Positions 42,567 to 64,000 of a stretch of DNA of 64,000 nucleotides are shown here, piece after piece. The stretch lies in contig CM022672.1 in NCBI GenBank assembly GCA_012295275.1, positions 3,472,001 to 3,536,000 on the forward strand, given 5' to 3'. The number at the start of each line of letters is the position of its first letter. Within the stretch, counting starts at the first letter, position 1. The translations under genes were made by a program, and so were the position numbers. The notes under the pieces are model-generated. The model was not told the DNA's origin. It saw only the letters and a program-made list of their open reading frames with translations, and did not search any database. Source of the stretch: Chrysomallon squamiferum. Lineage: Eukaryota; Animalia; Mollusca.

Positions 42567-45500
42567 TCCCTTGTAATTTCCAAGTACTTTACATTTTGTC
42601 TATTATGAAAAAGTCGTTTTGAGGGATTTTTTTTTTTTGTGCATGAGTTTTGATGTGAATTGCTTTTCTATTTTCTTTAAATTATGTTGTTGACAGAAAA
42701 GTTTGTGTATCTGATTAAGTTAGCTAATTAACTGAAGTGTCAGACTGAATATTAAAATCCATTGCAGACTGAGTATCTCCTAGCTCAAATACCCGAATGT
42801 GGAAGTGTTTCGAGTATCAGAATGTTTCTGCTTTCGGAATAATATAAAGTTTATAAAGTTCATAAAAAGTTTATAATCTTTGGTTAGTTTTATATATTTT
42901 TAATAATTCTATGCATGATACAAAGCTTGTGTTTACTAAAGAATCCAGAAATTATATGTTGTTCTAAGCTCTTCCAAACCAAAGTTTCAGCTGTTTTAAT
43001 TTTGGATACAGGAACAGCAACCTTTATTTGTATGTAGCATAAAACAGTTGTTGTGTTTGCATGTTACTCTTTATTTTCGTTATCATACTTTTTTGCTTTT
43101 ATTAAATTTATTTTTGTATTTTTCTTTTTTCACAATAAAGCATCATGGTTTGTGAATACAAATGAGTTATTTTATGTCCCAAGAGCTATCTATTAAGGAT
43201 AGCCTAAGTCGTGTAATTCTGTATTTCAGTTCTTAGATGTTAAATATTTAAAAAGTGGTTAGTTATTTAATATATATTTTTATAAATAATGTTTGGATGT
43301 GTTGCTTAAAAGAAAAGTAATTGTAATTCTAAAAAAATGAAACTAGATGACCTTTTCTGTGACTTTTCCACTCCAATTTAATCTAAATTCCAGATAAAAT
43401 AAATAAATAAATAATAATTACGATGAAAAAAAAAAAAAAAAAATCGTTTATATTTGTATATCAGTGTTAGGGTTTCCAGATAGCAAGCCATCAAAACATT
43501 TTAAACTAATAATATTAAAAAATTATTAATTCTGTCATAAACTTTATAAATGCATTTTATTAAAGCAACCAGTTAAATAAAGTTGTATAAGATTTTACCA
43601 CATCAGAATTTTGTTTATAACTTGATAAAAACTTCAGAACATCTAAATTAAATCCAATTTAAACTCATTTATTGTATATCCTGTACTAAGACTAACCTAC
43701 ACTGTGAATTTGATATCTACATAAAAGGACAAGCACCTTGTTGCCTATCCAGTTTGATTTTCTTAACAGCACTTATAATCAGATTAAGACCTATACCTTG
43801 GATTGTTACTTCTCCATATCTTCATAAAATATTTTACATTTTTCTTTTTTTTCTTATTAATTTTTTTTTAATAGTGATTTATGAAAAACAAAATAAAACA
43901 AAATCAGTCATTTTATATATATATATATTTATATCACAATAACTTATATTATTTAAAGTATTTAAGTTCATTGTTTACATTACTTCAGTGAAGAAATATA
44001 AATCAAGGCAGGCACAGAACTGGTAGAAGTAAAACAAAGTAATAAATTAAAAGAGCTTACTTAATGTTTCAATAAACATGTATCAAATAAAAAAAATAAA
44101 AAATAAAAAAATAGTTATAACTTTATAAAGATATTCATATTTAAAATAAATATACTTATAAAACTGTCATAGAAGTGTAAACTTTTGTAGTTGCAGAATT
44201 GTATGTTCTACTTTAAAGCATTAGGATGAAAACTACAAAAAAGAGTTACTAAATCATGGAAAAAATAGCTAATAAGGAATGCACAGACATCTTCCAAACA
44301 TTTCCTTCCAGAATAATTTTTGTCTTGTCTGTTTCCCACAGTTTCAATACTTGAATTAAACATATTTATAATTTCTAAAGAGTATAATTAAATCATTTTT
44401 TAAATTATTTTACTCTTATAATGTCACCAAAAATCAAGTACAAATACTTAATATTTCAACTCTACAATATTATCAACTTCACATTTTTCTGTATTTTAAA
44501 TAAATAATTATTTTAATCTATGAAAAAGGGCAGATGAAAGATATTTATTTTTACACATAAATAACATTTGATTAAATTCAAAAAAATAATTAAAATATTT
44601 CATAAAATGGACTTTGTTAAAAGTAAGGCATTAAACTTTTGAAGAGACAAATTATACTTTAAATGTTAAACAGCAATCATCAAAACTACATCATACTGTT
44701 ATTCCCATCATTAACACATGCCAGTAGTAGAAATATTTCCATCAGATAATGTCCACTCAGGATTCTGAATCATTATCCATTGAGAAAAAACAATAATGTC
44801 AATAATAAAAACAGAAAAGAATTATCATCAAAAACGTCTGAACTAAAAATTAGTCTTCATATTATAACATGGTTTTATAAAAGTACAAAACTAGTGAAAA
44901 AACTAATTTTATATGAATATACACAGTTCAGACAAAATTTATAAATCATAAGGTATTATTACAAAGTTATCTCTGGATAACACATGATAATAGCTCAAAA
45001 AAAAGAAAAAATAAATAAATAAAAAAAAAAATTAAAAAAAATTAAAAAGGTGATAATTAAGATATACCTTATTTAAGAATAAATTATGTGTTTACTACAG
45101 TTGTACCTTCTGTGGTAGGGATTTCTGTAACACATATAACAATGTAACATGATATTTTAATAAAACTTATGTATCACTGATACTGGATTAGCCGCACCAC
45201 ACTGAGGCAGCAATAATTAAGCCAGCTTTTCTTCTGTCTGGAATATTACATGGATCAGTACACTGCCATCTCTTGTTGTTCGATCCTTAGATCTGGAGCA
45301 ACCCTTGGCTAATGTTCACAACAGAAAAAATAACAACCCCAAAAAACCCTCATTCTTACAGCTGAACTCTGGAATACAGTGCATTATTATCTTTCCTGCT
45401 CAATGAAGTAGATAACCACATAACAGTTCTGGTTCACTGCATACATTAAATCTTGATACTTTGTTTTGTTGGATCAGTAACATTAATCATATTTGTTCTT

Positions 45501-45575
45501 TGAATCACTGAAGTGATTCAGTTGAATTATCAACAGTTTGATAGTAATAACTTATATTTTTTACTGGTTCATATA

Positions 45576-48596
<3,021 letters not shown>

Positions 48597-49234
48597 TTTT
48601 ATTATCACCCCAAAAGCGACATGCAAATCAAATAATAAATATACGAAAACTGTCACATAATAAATAAATAATAATGAACTTTAAACTCTTAAATCCAGTT
48701 GTTCAAAAAAATTGCAAGACTGATGCTGTTGTCATTTAAAAATGAAAGAAATATCGACGCGATATACATATTATATATCGTTGTTTTGAGTTTCTTCTGT
48801 AAACCTAACTCGTACAACATAAAATAAAAGCTATATCCTATTAAAAACACATATGTTGAAGGAAGTAAAGTTAGGACTGACAAAGCCAAAGCATTCTGGG
48901 ACGAGCGCACCTGCGGTTGCTATGGCTAGACTTATCACATATTAATGTCTGCGGAAGAATATTGGCTCAGATATGAATTCATTTCAAATAAAAACAAATA
49001 CATGGTCATAGTAGTACACTGAAAACAATTTAATAAAAATTTAAAGTAATTTTCTAAATAAGTTTTCACCTTATTATTTTGTAATTGATTATATATATAT
49101 TTCTAAGGATTACGGTATCCGTTAACGTTTGTCACCAAATGATCCATGACTTTACAGACGCTTGCAAGTATTTGTTATGTTTAATTAAAATCTGCATGTA
49201 GTGGTACACTTTTTGGATTCTGTATAACGTTGTC

Positions 49235-49242
<8 letters not shown>
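48597..49242. promoter_or_regulatory. Bidirectional promoter between PACRGL and CFAP46 with two RFX X-box-like motifs
   Basis: Divergent ATGs are separated by 638 bp of CpG-enriched DNA. GTTGCTATGGCTAG (48916-48929) and GTTGTCATGGATAG (49229-49242) resemble X-boxes but have imperfect 3' half-sites. Confidence 0.65.

Positions 49243-64000
<14,758 letters not shown>

Noticed and set aside
45262-45278. CTCF-like motif (minus strand ACAAGAGATGGCAGT), with a similar one near 35030-35044
   Set aside because: Only the 3' half matches, so it cannot be distinguished from chance without a PWM or ChIP data.

Overview
Very AT-rich, intron-containing animal genomic DNA with many microsatellites. It is probably a mollusc or gastropod, inferred from degenerate SINE-like relics and gene style, with low certainty. 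Exons were stitched by hand using splice sites and reading-frame phase, and protein identities come from remembered human sequences, not database searches. Six protein-coding genes are supported: DPCD (+, 6 exons, 200 aa), a three-finger C2H2/C2HC zinc-finger gene (-), CACUL1 (+, 8 coding exons, one GC-AG intron), an unrecognised ~1389-aa gene (+) with what look like two tandem divergent Ski/Sno/Dac-type domains, PACRGL (-, 7 exons, 241 aa), and the first 21 exons of CFAP46/TTC40 (+, runs off the window), head-to-head with PACRGL. Bases 1-17300 contain no recognisable coding exon and look like the multi-promoter 5' region of a minus-strand gene lying mostly to the left. The most notable points are the tandem Ski/Dac-like orphan, the PACRGL-CFAP46 bidirectional promoter with X-box-like motifs, three duplicated decoy splice acceptors in CFAP46 intron 7, an apparent frameshift in CFAP46 exon 21, and a near-perfect 62-bp palindrome. 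No prokaryotic, CRISPR, rRNA or tRNA features were seen.
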